This document shows positions 39,998-48,436 of a stretch of DNA of 64,000 nt, piece after piece (position 1 is the first letter of the stretch; the number at the start of each line of letters is the position of its first letter). A program made the position numbers and the translations under genes. Under the pieces are notes generated by a model. The model saw only the letters and a program-made list of their open reading frames with translations, did no database searches and was not told where the DNA came from. Source of the stretch: a virus; IMG/VR virus record IMGVR_UViG_3300025127_000020, positions 15,562 to 79,561 of that record; one strand, written 5' to 3'.

Positions 39998-41247
39998 AGT
40001 TCAATAATCTCCCAATTTTGATGTTTTCTACTTTTCCAAGAACCTGCGGTCTTGTGTAAAGAAGTTATTGCCTTTTGCCAGGACTTTGAATAATCATTTA
40101 AATTGTAGTTTTTGATGACGTGATTATGACCTAGCTGACCAAGAACTTTTCTCTCCTCATTTGTCATTGAATAAATCTTTTTTAAACCTTGAACAAAATC
40201 TTCTTTACTTACTCGATCTTGATAAATATAGGGAACTCTCTGAGATCCAATTATGGTTCTAGTAGAGGGTTCGATCCCGACACCGAATTCATTTTCACCA
40301 TCAGTAATCTGCTCTTTTAGTCCTCCAGTTTTATTCACAAGAATCGGAGTTCCACAAGCTAAAGATTCAAGAGTGGATAGCCCGAAACCTTCAGCGTCAG
40401 AGATGTTTATAGTGCAGTCAACACAGTTATAAAGCAAAGCCATTCTATCTGATGCATATTTTAAAGGAGAAAGCATTACCTGACCATTATTTAATTCAAG
40501 TGTTCTTAAATTTTCCTCCAAATCAGTTCCCAAAGGATCTTCAGGATCAGTGTGCATTAAGAGTGCCGCTTTTTCCTCTCCTACTTCTTGCAAAAATTCC
40601 TTGAACCACCATAAGATTGTTGTTGCATTTTTTCTTGGCGCATTTCTATTATTCCAAAAAAATAAAAATTTATCGTCACCAAAATGTTCTTTTTTAAACT
40701 TCTTTACTTCTTCCTCTGGTAAAATTTTAAAAATTGTTTGATCAACAGTGTGAGGAATTCTTATGTGCTTTGCCGTTGTTCCAACTTCGTTAACGACCTT
40801 TTCTGTTAGCTTAGAAATCGAAACTACTAAATCGTTAGAATCGTAAAAAACCTTATTGTAATGTGGTGCTGGTTCATTATCCCAAACATGATAATAACAA
40901 ATAGGAATTTGATTTCTTATTTCATCTTCAATCTGCCACAGCCACGTCCAATAACGTGGATCTGTCATTATCCACATTACATCTGGTCTTTCGGTTCTCA
41001 TTATAGACCTTACAGTTTCAGCATTTCCATAACCTTCAATTGGAAAAATTTTCCAATCATCGCCGTATTGCTCTGTTTTTATTGGTGACATGTCTCGATG
41101 TTTTTGTGCTCCAGCTAAAGACACAAACTCAAATTTACCAGTCTCAAGCAATGACTCTACAAACATTTTCGTTTGAATAGCAACACCTGTTGAAAATAAA
41201 GGATGGTCAGATAGTGTTAAAATTTTAATTTTTTTATTTTTTGCCAT
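39994..41247 (-). CDS. Glycosyltransferase, GT-B fold (GT4-like)
   Basis: SDHP...TGV, NNRNAPRKN, SDAEGFGLSTLESLACGTPI; likely start ATG 41247 (AGGAG RBS). Confidence 0.9.
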   Translation of the reverse strand: MAKNKKIKILTLSDHPLFSTGVAIQTKMFVESLLETGKFEFVSLAGAQKHRDMSPIKTEQYGDDWKIFPIEGYGNAETVRSIMRTERPDVMWIMTDPRYWTWLWQIEDEIRNQIPICYYHVWDNEPAPHYNKVFYDSNDLVVSISKLTEKVVNEVGTTAKHIRIPHTVDQTIFKILPEEEVKKFKKEHFGDDKFLFFWNNRNAPRKNATTILWWFKEFLQEVGEEKAALLMHTDPEDPLGTDLEENLRTLELNNGQVMLSPLKYASDRMALLYNCVDCTINISDAEGFGLSTLESLACGTPILVNKTGGLKEQITDGENEFGVGIEPSTRTIIGSQRVPYIYQDRVSKEDFVQGLKKIYSMTNEERKVLGQLGHNHVIKNYNLNDYSKSWQKAITSLHKTAGSWKSRKHQNWEIIEL

Positions 41248-41255
41248 TTTTTCTC

Positions 41256-42029
41256 CTACGGGCATTCTGGTGTGTTTTTGAACTCACACATTCTGCACGA
41301 TAATTTATTCTTTATAAATTTACCACTTTGAATATTATAAAGCGCCTTGTTCAATAACTCCAATGCGTTACTGATTTTTCTATTACCACTTGTTACTCTA
41401 AAGATTTCTACTAAGTCTTTCTTAGATGTTCTCTTTAACAACCCAAAGTGTGTTTCTATGTCCTTCAATGGGACATTATGTTTTTTTGCATAAAAGTGTT
41501 TATAATAAGTTAATTGATAGGTCGTCATTGGGTCAGACTTCTTTTGTGCATTCCATCCCCAAGAACATGTCTTCCAATCGATAACGTGAAATTTATTATC
41601 AGGTGTTTTTATAACAAGGTCTATGAACCCCTTGAAATTATAGTCTTCAAAACCTTCGATAGATTCATAAATGTCTTCTTCGGTTGAGACAACTTCAAAA
41701 TCGCCAAAATGAGATTTGAGAGCAGGGATTGCAACAACAGAAAGTCTTCGACCTTGCTCTCTCATGTCCTGAATGTCTTTTGGCTTTAGTTCATTTCTCG
41801 CTTCTTCTGGTAAACTCTGTAGTTCTCTGAGGAAGGCTGATTCGAATAAGTCTGGCAGACCAGTTAGACTGTTATCTTCTGCATTTAACTCGCAGACTTC
41901 ATGAAGTGCTGTTCCAAAAGCTGTGTAATGATTACCAACAAATCTCTTTATCTTGTCAACATAAGTTAACTTGTAATAATAGGGACATTGATTCCAGTTT
42001 TTGAGAGCAGAAAATGAAATGTGCTGCAT
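41256..42029 (-). CDS. PD-(D/E)XK nuclease, Cas4/AddB-like with a four-Cys cluster
   Basis: SFS...QCP, GTALH, GFIDL...IDWKT, QLTYY, C-terminal CRMCEFKNTPEC. Confidence 0.85.
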   Translation of the reverse strand: MQHISFSALKNWNQCPYYYKLTYVDKIKRFVGNHYTAFGTALHEVCELNAEDNSLTGLPDLFESAFLRELQSLPEEARNELKPKDIQDMREQGRRLSVVAIPALKSHFGDFEVVSTEEDIYESIEGFEDYNFKGFIDLVIKTPDNKFHVIDWKTCSWGWNAQKKSDPMTTYQLTYYKHFYAKKHNVPLKDIETHFGLLKRTSKKDLVEIFRVTSGNRKISNALELLNKALYNIQSGKFIKNKLSCRMCEFKNTPECP

Positions 42030-42055
42030 TAAATAAACCTCTACTTTATAGTCAC

Positions 42056-42084
42056 ATTATGACATAATTTAAGGTCTTAGTCAA
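42056..42084 (-). promoter_or_regulatory. sigma70-type promoter upstream of the PD-(D/E)XK nuclease
   Basis: TTGACT-N17-CATAAT with extended -10 TG. Confidence 0.7.
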
Positions 42085-42087
42085 GTA

Positions 42088-42414
42088 CTATTTTGTAGTT
42101 TTTGTCGTTGTCTTACGAGTTCTTCTACGACGAGTAGTCTTTGGCTTGGGCTCTGGATCTGTTATTTCAGATGGAGCGACCTCCAAAGAAGATGCACCAT
42201 AACTTGTTGTAAGATCTGTCATTTTCAAATCTGGTTGCCTACCATCTTCTATCTGAAAAATCATAAAACCTGGACCAGACGCAATCAACGATTCTACAGT
42301 TATCTTACTCTTTTTAAGTTCTTCTCTTACTTGTTTCTCAGTTGGGTTTTCTCTAAAATAAGCGAAAACTTTATTTTTTTTATCTATAACATCTGTCTTA
42401 TATAAAATTGACAT
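42088..42414 (-). CDS. Hypothetical protein with a basic C-terminal tail
   Basis: Ends PKPKTTRRRRTRKTTTKTTK. Confidence 0.65.
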   Translation of the reverse strand: MSILYKTDVIDKKNKVFAYFRENPTEKQVREELKKSKITVESLIASGPGFMIFQIEDGRQPDLKMTDLTTSYGASSLEVAPSEITDPEPKPKTTRRRRTRKTTTKTTK

Positions 42415-42415
42415 T

Positions 42416-43096
42416 TTAAACTCCTGCTTCTGAAATCTTATTCAGCTTTTCAAATAATTGTGGTGAAATTTTTCTCACATAACTTGGGTCAGATTGAACA
42501 AAATAAAATTCAAATCCTGTTGCAAAATATTCAGAAATTGAAACTGACGAATAGGGGCTTAAAAATAAACCCTGGGAATAAGGGACAACTACATCATAAC
42601 CAAGTTGATAAAATAAAAACTCATCAAAAAGTTTAGAATATTCTGTCTCGTATCTTAACCTATTTGGAATTTTCATTCCGCCAGCACTCAATAAATCTAA
42701 AAATCTTTTTTTCTTTCCAAGATACTCTTTTTCGATCTTATCATCTGAATAAAGTTCAACCTCAAACATCTTCTCAACCGCATGTGCAACTTCGTGAACT
42801 ATGTCCTCGAACAACTGCTCTTCTGAGGGTTGTTCGTTAGTAACGTAAATTCCACCATCTAAATAAACTGCACGTAATCCACGTTCTTTAACTTCTTTAA
42901 ATTGACCCACCAAAACAGTCTCAACTTCATGAAATAAATGAGCAGGAATTGAATCCTCCAAATTCATGATAACATTTGTGAGATTTACATCCTCTGGTAA
43001 AGGGTCTTTAACAAAGACGTGAATGTTCCCAAAAATTGTAAATTCTTTTCTTTCTTTCATTATTTTATTGTGAGATTTTTTTATGTAATTGCTCAT
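42416..43096 (-). CDS. Zinc metalloprotease (HEXXH; anthrax lethal factor/MtfA-like zincin)
   Basis: RAVY...IVHEVAHAVE...SPYS...SEYFATGFEFY...ISPQLFE. Confidence 0.7.
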   Translation of the reverse strand: MSNYIKKSHNKIMKERKEFTIFGNIHVFVKDPLPEDVNLTNVIMNLEDSIPAHLFHEVETVLVGQFKEVKERGLRAVYLDGGIYVTNEQPSEEQLFEDIVHEVAHAVEKMFEVELYSDDKIEKEYLGKKKRFLDLLSAGGMKIPNRLRYETEYSKLFDEFLFYQLGYDVVVPYSQGLFLSPYSSVSISEYFATGFEFYFVQSDPSYVRKISPQLFEKLNKISEAGV

Positions 43097-43102
43097 TTGT
43101 TA

Positions 43103-43131
43103 ATTGTAGCACAAGGTGTAAAGTTTGTAAA
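43103..43131 (-). promoter_or_regulatory. sigma70-type promoter, probably producing a leaderless mRNA
   Basis: TTTACA-N17-TACAAT with extended TG; only 6 nt lie between the -10 box and ATG 43096, and there is no SD. Confidence 0.65.
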
Positions 43132-44460
43132 CTATAAAATTTTAGAACCAAGTGTTGCGATTGCAGAACGTTCACCCTTTTTTAAAGTTACGTGACCTGT
43201 AATCTCGTGCTCCTTCATTTTTTCTACTGCATAGGTTAGTCCGTTAGTTCTCTCATCTATATAGATGTTATCAATTTGTTCAACGTCTCCAGTAAGAATA
43301 AGTTTTGTCCCTTCTCCTACTCGGGTAACAATAGTCTTAAGTTCATGCTTAGTGAGATTTTGTGCTTCATCAATAATAATAAAAGCATTGGCAATGGATC
43401 GACCTCTAATGTAGGTAAGTGCCTCGACTTCTATCTTTCCCATGTCCATGTATTCTTGCAGTGTAACTGAATCATCGACCATTAAAAATTTTAAATTATC
43501 TTGAATAGGTTTTAGCCAAGGCTCCATTTTTTCTTCCATTGTCCCTGGTAAAAATCCGATATCTTTTCCGAGGGGCTCTACGGGACGAGAGACAATAAGT
43601 CTTGTGTAGATGGACCTTTGACTGCTCATTGGATGATCGTCGAGGGTTTGCTCTAAGCCTGCTGCGATTGCACATAAAGTCTTACCAGAACCAGCTTTGC
43701 CAACAAGTGACACGAGGGAGATAGAAGGGTCCATTAGAAGCTCAATAGCATAGGTCTGTTCCTTGTTTCGAGGAGAGATGCCCCAAACCCTACGCTTGTT
43801 TGGAATTTTTATTAATGGAGAATTATAATTTTTAAATCTTGCAAGAGCAGACTTCTTTTCATTTATCTCAGAAGACATAACAAGAAACTGATTTCCATTT
43901 AATCCCTGCTCTTCTTTTGGAATAAAAACATCTTCTCCATTATAAAAATCTTCTATGACAGAATCTTTTACAACCATCTCGGTGTAGCCTGAATAAATTT
44001 CATCTAAAGATTCTATAACCTGACTTGCTTGATAATCGTCTGTTGACAATCCTATAGAATCACACTTAACTCTCAGGTTAATATCTCTTGAAACAAGAGT
44101 GACCTTGGAATCTGGGTTTTCAACTTTAACTGTCAATGCAGTGGCTATAATTTGATTATCTGGATCTTCTACGTCCCAGTCTAATGGAATAAGTTGAGGA
44201 TCGTAGCTTCTAGCCGTAACAGTTCCAAAGCCTTCTCCCATAGAAACACCATTATGCAATGAACCTATCTCTCTTAGTTCATCCAAAGCTCTGATAATAT
44301 TTCTAGCATTAGATCCTACGGCATCTTGTCTTTTCTTATGTTTATCAATTTCTTCAAGAACTTTGAATGGAATAACAATATCATTATCTTCAAAAGCTCT
44401 AAGTGAGGAGAAATCTGTCAAATAAACACTGGTGTCAATAACGTAAATTTTGTTTGTCAT
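43132..44460 (-). CDS. phoH: PIN-domain + PhoH-family ATPase (PhoH2-like)
   Basis: YVIDTSV...EEID...DNQI...SRDINLRVK PIN domain; GKAGSGKT Walker A; IGFLPG, YIRGRSI, IIDEAQN, TGDVEQID. Confidence 0.92.
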   Translation of the reverse strand: MTNKIYVIDTSVYLTDFSSLRAFEDNDIVIPFKVLEEIDKHKKRQDAVGSNARNIIRALDELREIGSLHNGVSMGEGFGTVTARSYDPQLIPLDWDVEDPDNQIIATALTVKVENPDSKVTLVSRDINLRVKCDSIGLSTDDYQASQVIESLDEIYSGYTEMVVKDSVIEDFYNGEDVFIPKEEQGLNGNQFLVMSSEINEKKSALARFKNYNSPLIKIPNKRRVWGISPRNKEQTYAIELLMDPSISLVSLVGKAGSGKTLCAIAAGLEQTLDDHPMSSQRSIYTRLIVSRPVEPLGKDIGFLPGTMEEKMEPWLKPIQDNLKFLMVDDSVTLQEYMDMGKIEVEALTYIRGRSIANAFIIIDEAQNLTKHELKTIVTRVGEGTKLILTGDVEQIDNIYIDERTNGLTYAVEKMKEHEITGHVTLKKGERSAIATLGSKIL

Positions 44461-44479
44461 AGTTTGCCTTTCTCACCAA

Positions 44480-44487
44480 TAAATAGG
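44480..44487 (-). promoter_or_regulatory. Putative late promoter motif (CCTATTTA)
   Basis: About 19 nt upstream of the phoH ATG. Confidence 0.6.
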
Positions 44488-44512
44488 TCTTTTACTTTTT
44501 TATTCTTTCTAC

Positions 44513-44520
44513 CCTACTTA
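44513..44520 (+). promoter_or_regulatory. Putative late promoter motif (CCTACTTA) on the plus strand
   Basis: Upstream of AGGAGG and ATG 44550; the motif flips strand together with the gene. Confidence 0.55.
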
Positions 44521-44549
44521 CTTATAGGGAACGCAGGAGGAGAATTTTT

Positions 44550-45446
44550 ATGATTAAAAAGATTTTTTTTCTTATTATAATTGCACTTATAGCTGGATGT
44601 GCTTCTTCAATCAAGCATCCAACAAGCATGAAAAAATCTTTTGTAAAAATTCACAAGTCAGTTGAAATAAAGATTTGTGGAGAAAACAGTCTGTCAAAGA
44701 CAAACGAATGCAAGAAATTAATGACGATGAATTCAACTGGTTCTGGTGGAGTTATTTGGAACGAGAGAGAAATTGGACAAATCCCAAGAACACTTGTCCT
44801 AACTGCTGATCACTTATGTGAAGATGAAGAATATTCAATAAAAGATTTTGACAAATCTGCTCATAATCACATAAAAAAAATTTTAGGCTTTAATAAAGAT
44901 TTTAAAATAATTTCTGATTCTTCCATGAGGGTTGTAGACAGTAGCGGAACCACCTACTCAGTAAAGAAAATTCCGTGGATAAGAAATGTTGCCGCAGACA
45001 CATGCGTGATTGAAACTTCAATGAACGTGCCCTCTCTTAAATTAGGATCTCCTCCAGAATACGGTCAAGAGGTTATTAACATCTCTGCTCCAAAAGGAAT
45101 CTATCATCCAAGCTCAAGTGGTGGAGGTGTCTTTTTTACTAAAGGAAGTTATAACGGTCAATTTTTAATGCCAGGAGGTAAAAAGAAAAAAAGAATTTTT
45201 TCAATGTATAACTTAAGCGCTGCTCCTGGCTCTAGTGGCTCCCCTATCTTAAACACAAATGGCGAAATTATTGGAATGATTCATTCTATTGATTCAAGTT
45301 ATTGTAATCTTATCACGGGTCAATGTAATAGTCCTATCAGCTACAGTGCAACAGTTGATCAAATTAAAGAAACATTAACTGAGGCACTTGCTGCAATAAA
45401 GAGAGGTAAGTCCATTAAATTTGACTATAACAAAATTAGTCAATAA
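44550..45446 (+). CDS. Trypsin-like serine protease, predicted lipoprotein
   Basis: Signal peptide MIKKIFFLIIIALIAG-C (lipobox); TGSG, LTADHLC (His), DTCVI (Asp), AAPGSSGSPI (Ser); AGGAGG RBS. Confidence 0.85.
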   Translation: MIKKIFFLIIIALIAGCASSIKHPTSMKKSFVKIHKSVEIKICGENSLSKTNECKKLMTMNSTGSGGVIWNEREIGQIPRTLVLTADHLCEDEEYSIKDFDKSAHNHIKKILGFNKDFKIISDSSMRVVDSSGTTYSVKKIPWIRNVAADTCVIETSMNVPSLKLGSPPEYGQEVINISAPKGIYHPSSSGGGVFFTKGSYNGQFLMPGGKKKKRIFSMYNLSAAPGSSGSPILNTNGEIIGMIHSIDSSYCNLITGQCNSPISYSATVDQIKETLTEALAAIKRGKSIKFDYNKISQ

Positions 45447-45955
45447 GAAAAAGGCTCCAGATAAGTTTTCCAAGCCTCGTCAATGTTATTATTAAAATTA
45501 TAAAATAATTTAATAGATGGAACACGAGGCGTGTTTTTAGGAAACATGTTTGCTTCTCTTGGAAGTTTGTTTGCTTTCTTTTGATTACACTTTCTACAAG
45601 CTGCTACTAGATTCTCCCAAGTCTTTGGACCACCAGCAGACTTCGGTGTTACATGATCTATTGTAAGCTCTCCTTTAGGAAACCTTGTGTTACAATATTG
45701 ACAAGTGTATTTATCTCTTATAAATAAATTGTTTCTCGTTACCCGCAGCGAGACTCTTGCCTTTCTAACATAACGATTGATTGCAATAACGGAAGGGACT
45801 TTAAATGATTCAGATGCGGAATTGACAAATGCACCTTCTCTATATTCTACAACGTTGGCTCTACCAGCAAACACCATAGTGAATGCCTCTGTCCAGTCTA
45901 TAACCTGAATAGGTCTATAGGAACTATCTAACTTTAAAACTTTCCAATTTTTCAA
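45440..45955 (-). CDS. HNH endonuclease (McrA-like)
   Basis: RDKYTCQYC...LTIDHVTPKSAGG..TWENLVAACRKCNQKK. Confidence 0.92.
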   Translation of the reverse strand: MKNWKVLKLDSSYRPIQVIDWTEAFTMVFAGRANVVEYREGAFVNSASESFKVPSVIAINRYVRKARVSLRVTRNNLFIRDKYTCQYCNTRFPKGELTIDHVTPKSAGGPKTWENLVAACRKCNQKKANKLPREANMFPKNTPRVPSIKLFYNFNNNIDEAWKTYLEPFSY

Positions 45956-47064
45956 AACTCTCCCTTAGAAAAGTGAGTCTGAATTTCCTTTTCTAAGAGT
46001 TCCACATAACCTTCAACGTTCTTTATGTTATTAGGACTGTATCTCCAAAGTAGTTCATTATTCTTTGGTCTATCTTCAAGATAACGTTTATGGTGATTAT
46101 TAATCGCCTCTTCAAGAGCGTCAGCACCAGCATGAACATCAAACTCTGGATAATAGTAGCCGTGTTCTTTAAACACTGGACTATTATGAATAAAAGGTAA
46201 ATTAAAGTGCATTGCTTCCAATTGGAGGTAGTTCAATTCGTTACACCATTGATGTGAGATAATTGAACCAGCATAACCTTTTTCTAATAAAAAGTTCAAA
46301 GCCCATCTTCCTTCGAAAGACATCTTCGCATCTTTGACTAAATCTAATCGATTACAAAATCTGACAAAGTTAACTTTATCTTTTAATAAAGAAGAACCAA
46401 CATTGAAAACTTGATCAATCATCTCTGGTTTTCTATTGTAAAGTTCTTCTGCTATTAGCATTGGAATAAAACACATCTTTACCATGTAAAGATTAGATTC
46501 CATAATAGCAATGTTTTTTAAGTTAGTGTGTGCTCCAAAAAAGGGACTATAACCAGCGCCCATGTAAGATAAGGTAATAATCTCTGGAGACCAAATGTAA
46601 GGGCAAATACTTACAGGAGCTTTTGCCATTGTCTGTAGTGCGTTTGCTGTTCTTTCAAAGTGCGGAGACGTCCAGTAGAAGTCAACCTCTGGCATAGTAA
46701 AACTAGCATCATCATCTTTATAGATCATAGTGCCCATGTCAATTAGAATCTTGTTTCCATATTCACAAGAACCAACAATTCCTTTATTTCCTTTGTGAAC
46801 CATTCTGACTTCTTCCGTCAAAGAATTGGCACACTGAATTAATACTTGATAATCAGAAACAGTAATAGTGTCTAATTTTTTAAGTTCAACGCCTAACAAC
46901 TTCTTACCATAATGTTTATCAGATTCAGAAACCATGTCAACATCATAGCCAGTATTTTTTAATAATTTATAAAGAAACCAAACGTTGGACTTAAGTCCAT
47001 TACCAAAAAGGTTTTCTTCACATTGTGAAGTGATTCCAATTTTTATGTGTTTACTTATTTTCAA
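45952..47064 (-). CDS. DUF2827-like protein (probable GT-B-related fold)
   Basis: KIGIT...LFGNGLKSNVWFLYKLL...PYIWSP...IMESNL..VK...SHQWCNELNYLQLE...P.IHNS...GYYYPEFD; TTG start with purine-rich RBS. Confidence 0.65.
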   Translation of the reverse strand: MKISKHIKIGITSQCEENLFGNGLKSNVWFLYKLLKNTGYDVDMVSESDKHYGKKLLGVELKKLDTITVSDYQVLIQCANSLTEEVRMVHKGNKGIVGSCEYGNKILIDMGTMIYKDDDASFTMPEVDFYWTSPHFERTANALQTMAKAPVSICPYIWSPEIITLSYMGAGYSPFFGAHTNLKNIAIMESNLYMVKMCFIPMLIAEELYNRKPEMIDQVFNVGSSLLKDKVNFVRFCNRLDLVKDAKMSFEGRWALNFLLEKGYAGSIISHQWCNELNYLQLEAMHFNLPFIHNSPVFKEHGYYYPEFDVHAGADALEEAINNHHKRYLEDRPKNNELLWRYSPNNIKNVEGYVELLEKEIQTHFSKGEF

Positions 47065-47088
47065 TTTTTCTCTCCCTCTTTTCTATAG

Positions 47089-47096
47089 TAATTAGA
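47089..47096 (-). promoter_or_regulatory. Putative late promoter motif (TCTAATTA)
   Basis: About 24 nt upstream of TTG 47064. Confidence 0.55.
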
Positions 47097-47211
47097 GAGT
47101 TTGAAATGAATTTACTTAGTAACTCAGACTCAGACTTGAGTTTTTTTATTTAATTTAGTTATGAGTGAAGCGAATAACTTAATATATATATACCTTACAA
47201 AAACTGTCTTG

Positions 47212-47553
47212 TTAAGACCTTTTTTTAAAATAATGAAAAAGTCCATAGTTTTTAAGGTTTTGTCTTAGGTTGGCATAAGTGATTCCGAGAAACCTTGCAG
47301 CGTCCCGTCGAGTTGCAGATCCAGAAATTGCAGCTTTGAGACAAGCATCTCTAACAATGGTGGGCATGTTTTTCCAGATGGGCAGACCGTACATCTTACC
47401 GTCCATCTCTCTTGTGGCGAGTTCTAGCTTTAAACTAATAACCTCTTCAAGACTCAGGTTAGATAATTGAATCTCAAAGAGGTCATTAATTTTATTTTCT
47501 TCCCTCAGTTGTTTTGAAACAGAAGGGGTTTTATGAGGACGTTCTTTATGCAA
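47212..47553 (-). CDS. Small DNA-binding protein with a Fis-type HTH
   Basis: C-terminus LKAAISGSATRRDAARFLGITYANLRQNLKNY. Confidence 0.65.
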   Translation of the reverse strand: MHKERPHKTPSVSKQLREENKINDLFEIQLSNLSLEEVISLKLELATREMDGKMYGLPIWKNMPTIVRDACLKAAISGSATRRDAARFLGITYANLRQNLKNYGLFHYFKKRS

Positions 47554-47564
47554 CTAAATCCCTA

Positions 47565-48377
47565 TTAAGGCTCGATTGTGTCTAAAGCTGCGTCGCAAAG
47601 ATTCTTGTTGGCGGTTGCAGCAGCTACTGCGGCATCCACATCCACATCATTAGCACCAGTAACGGCAATTACAGAAGCTCCAGATAAGTGATAAGGGTTT
47701 GCGCCAGGAACTGTTACACCCGCTGTAGCGGTTGCAGCCGCAATCTCTGCTTTAAGTTCATTTGCTTGCGATTGTTGATCTTGCAATGTTGTAAGCAATG
47801 TTGCCAATGCAGCTTTTGTGCAATCAGCAGCTTGGGCAACTTGACCGACTGCGGTACCTGCTCTTAGTTGAGCAAGGCGTGTTGCTTGGTCTGCTGGATC
47901 TGCGAGTCCAGCAGCAGCTTCAAGGTCTGTCCTTGCATTTGCAAATCTAGTTGCAATGTCTGCTATAGAACCGTCGTTTGGAGCTACAGGGTTACCATCT
48001 GCACCGATAGACCTAAGAAAAGCATCTAATGCAATTTTATTAAAAACAATGTCTCTGTTGTCTCCAATTCCGTCGTTGTCTGTGTCTCGAACTTCAGATG
48101 CATCAAGATCATCAAAATCAACCCCGTGGGCTGCTCCGTCTTCGTCAATGTTTAAAGTTTCGTTTATAAGACCTGGGTTTGCAATTCCAATTACGTCTAA
48201 TAACAAGCCGTCACCAGAACCTTCACCAGCGCCGTCACCGCCAGCCTTTGCAATTGAATCGAGTTCCACTAATCTTGATTCTTGAAGAGAAGGTGTCGCA
48301 AGTGATGGCACACCCGTAACCAAGACTCTATTTAATTTTGCCTTGATAATCTTTTTTAGTCTTTTCTGTTTTGACAT
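47565..48377 (-). CDS. Ala-rich protein with a thrombospondin type-3-like Ca-binding repeat
   Basis: LDASEVRDTDNDGIGDNRD; GGAGG RBS; late motif upstream. Confidence 0.6.
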   Translation of the reverse strand: MSKQKRLKKIIKAKLNRVLVTGVPSLATPSLQESRLVELDSIAKAGGDGAGEGSGDGLLLDVIGIANPGLINETLNIDEDGAAHGVDFDDLDASEVRDTDNDGIGDNRDIVFNKIALDAFLRSIGADGNPVAPNDGSIADIATRFANARTDLEAAAGLADPADQATRLAQLRAGTAVGQVAQAADCTKAALATLLTTLQDQQSQANELKAEIAAATATAGVTVPGANPYHLSGASVIAVTGANDVDVDAAVAAATANKNLCDAALDTIEP

Positions 48378-48411
48378 TTAAATGTCCTCCATATTAAAAA
48401 TAAGCTGTTAA

Positions 48412-48419
48412 TAAATAGT
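48412..48419 (-). promoter_or_regulatory. Putative late promoter motif (ACTATTTA)
   Basis: About 34 nt upstream of ATG 48377. Confidence 0.6.
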
Positions 48420-48436
48420 AGCAATAGTTGAAAAAG

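Noticed and set aside
41256-42029. Cas4-like nuclease as evidence of a CRISPR-Cas locus
   Set aside because: I saw no repeat-spacer array and no other cas genes; solo Cas4-like nucleases are common in phages.
45440-45955. HNH gene as a mobile homing endonuclease
   Set aside because: It is an McrA-type HNH with an N-terminal VLxLDxSYxP extension, overlap-coupled within an operon and not inserted in a gene or intron.
47098-47210. tRNA or structured ncRNA in the intergenic gap
   Set aside because: No cloverleaf or T-loop (GTTCRA) pattern; only short AT-rich hairpins.
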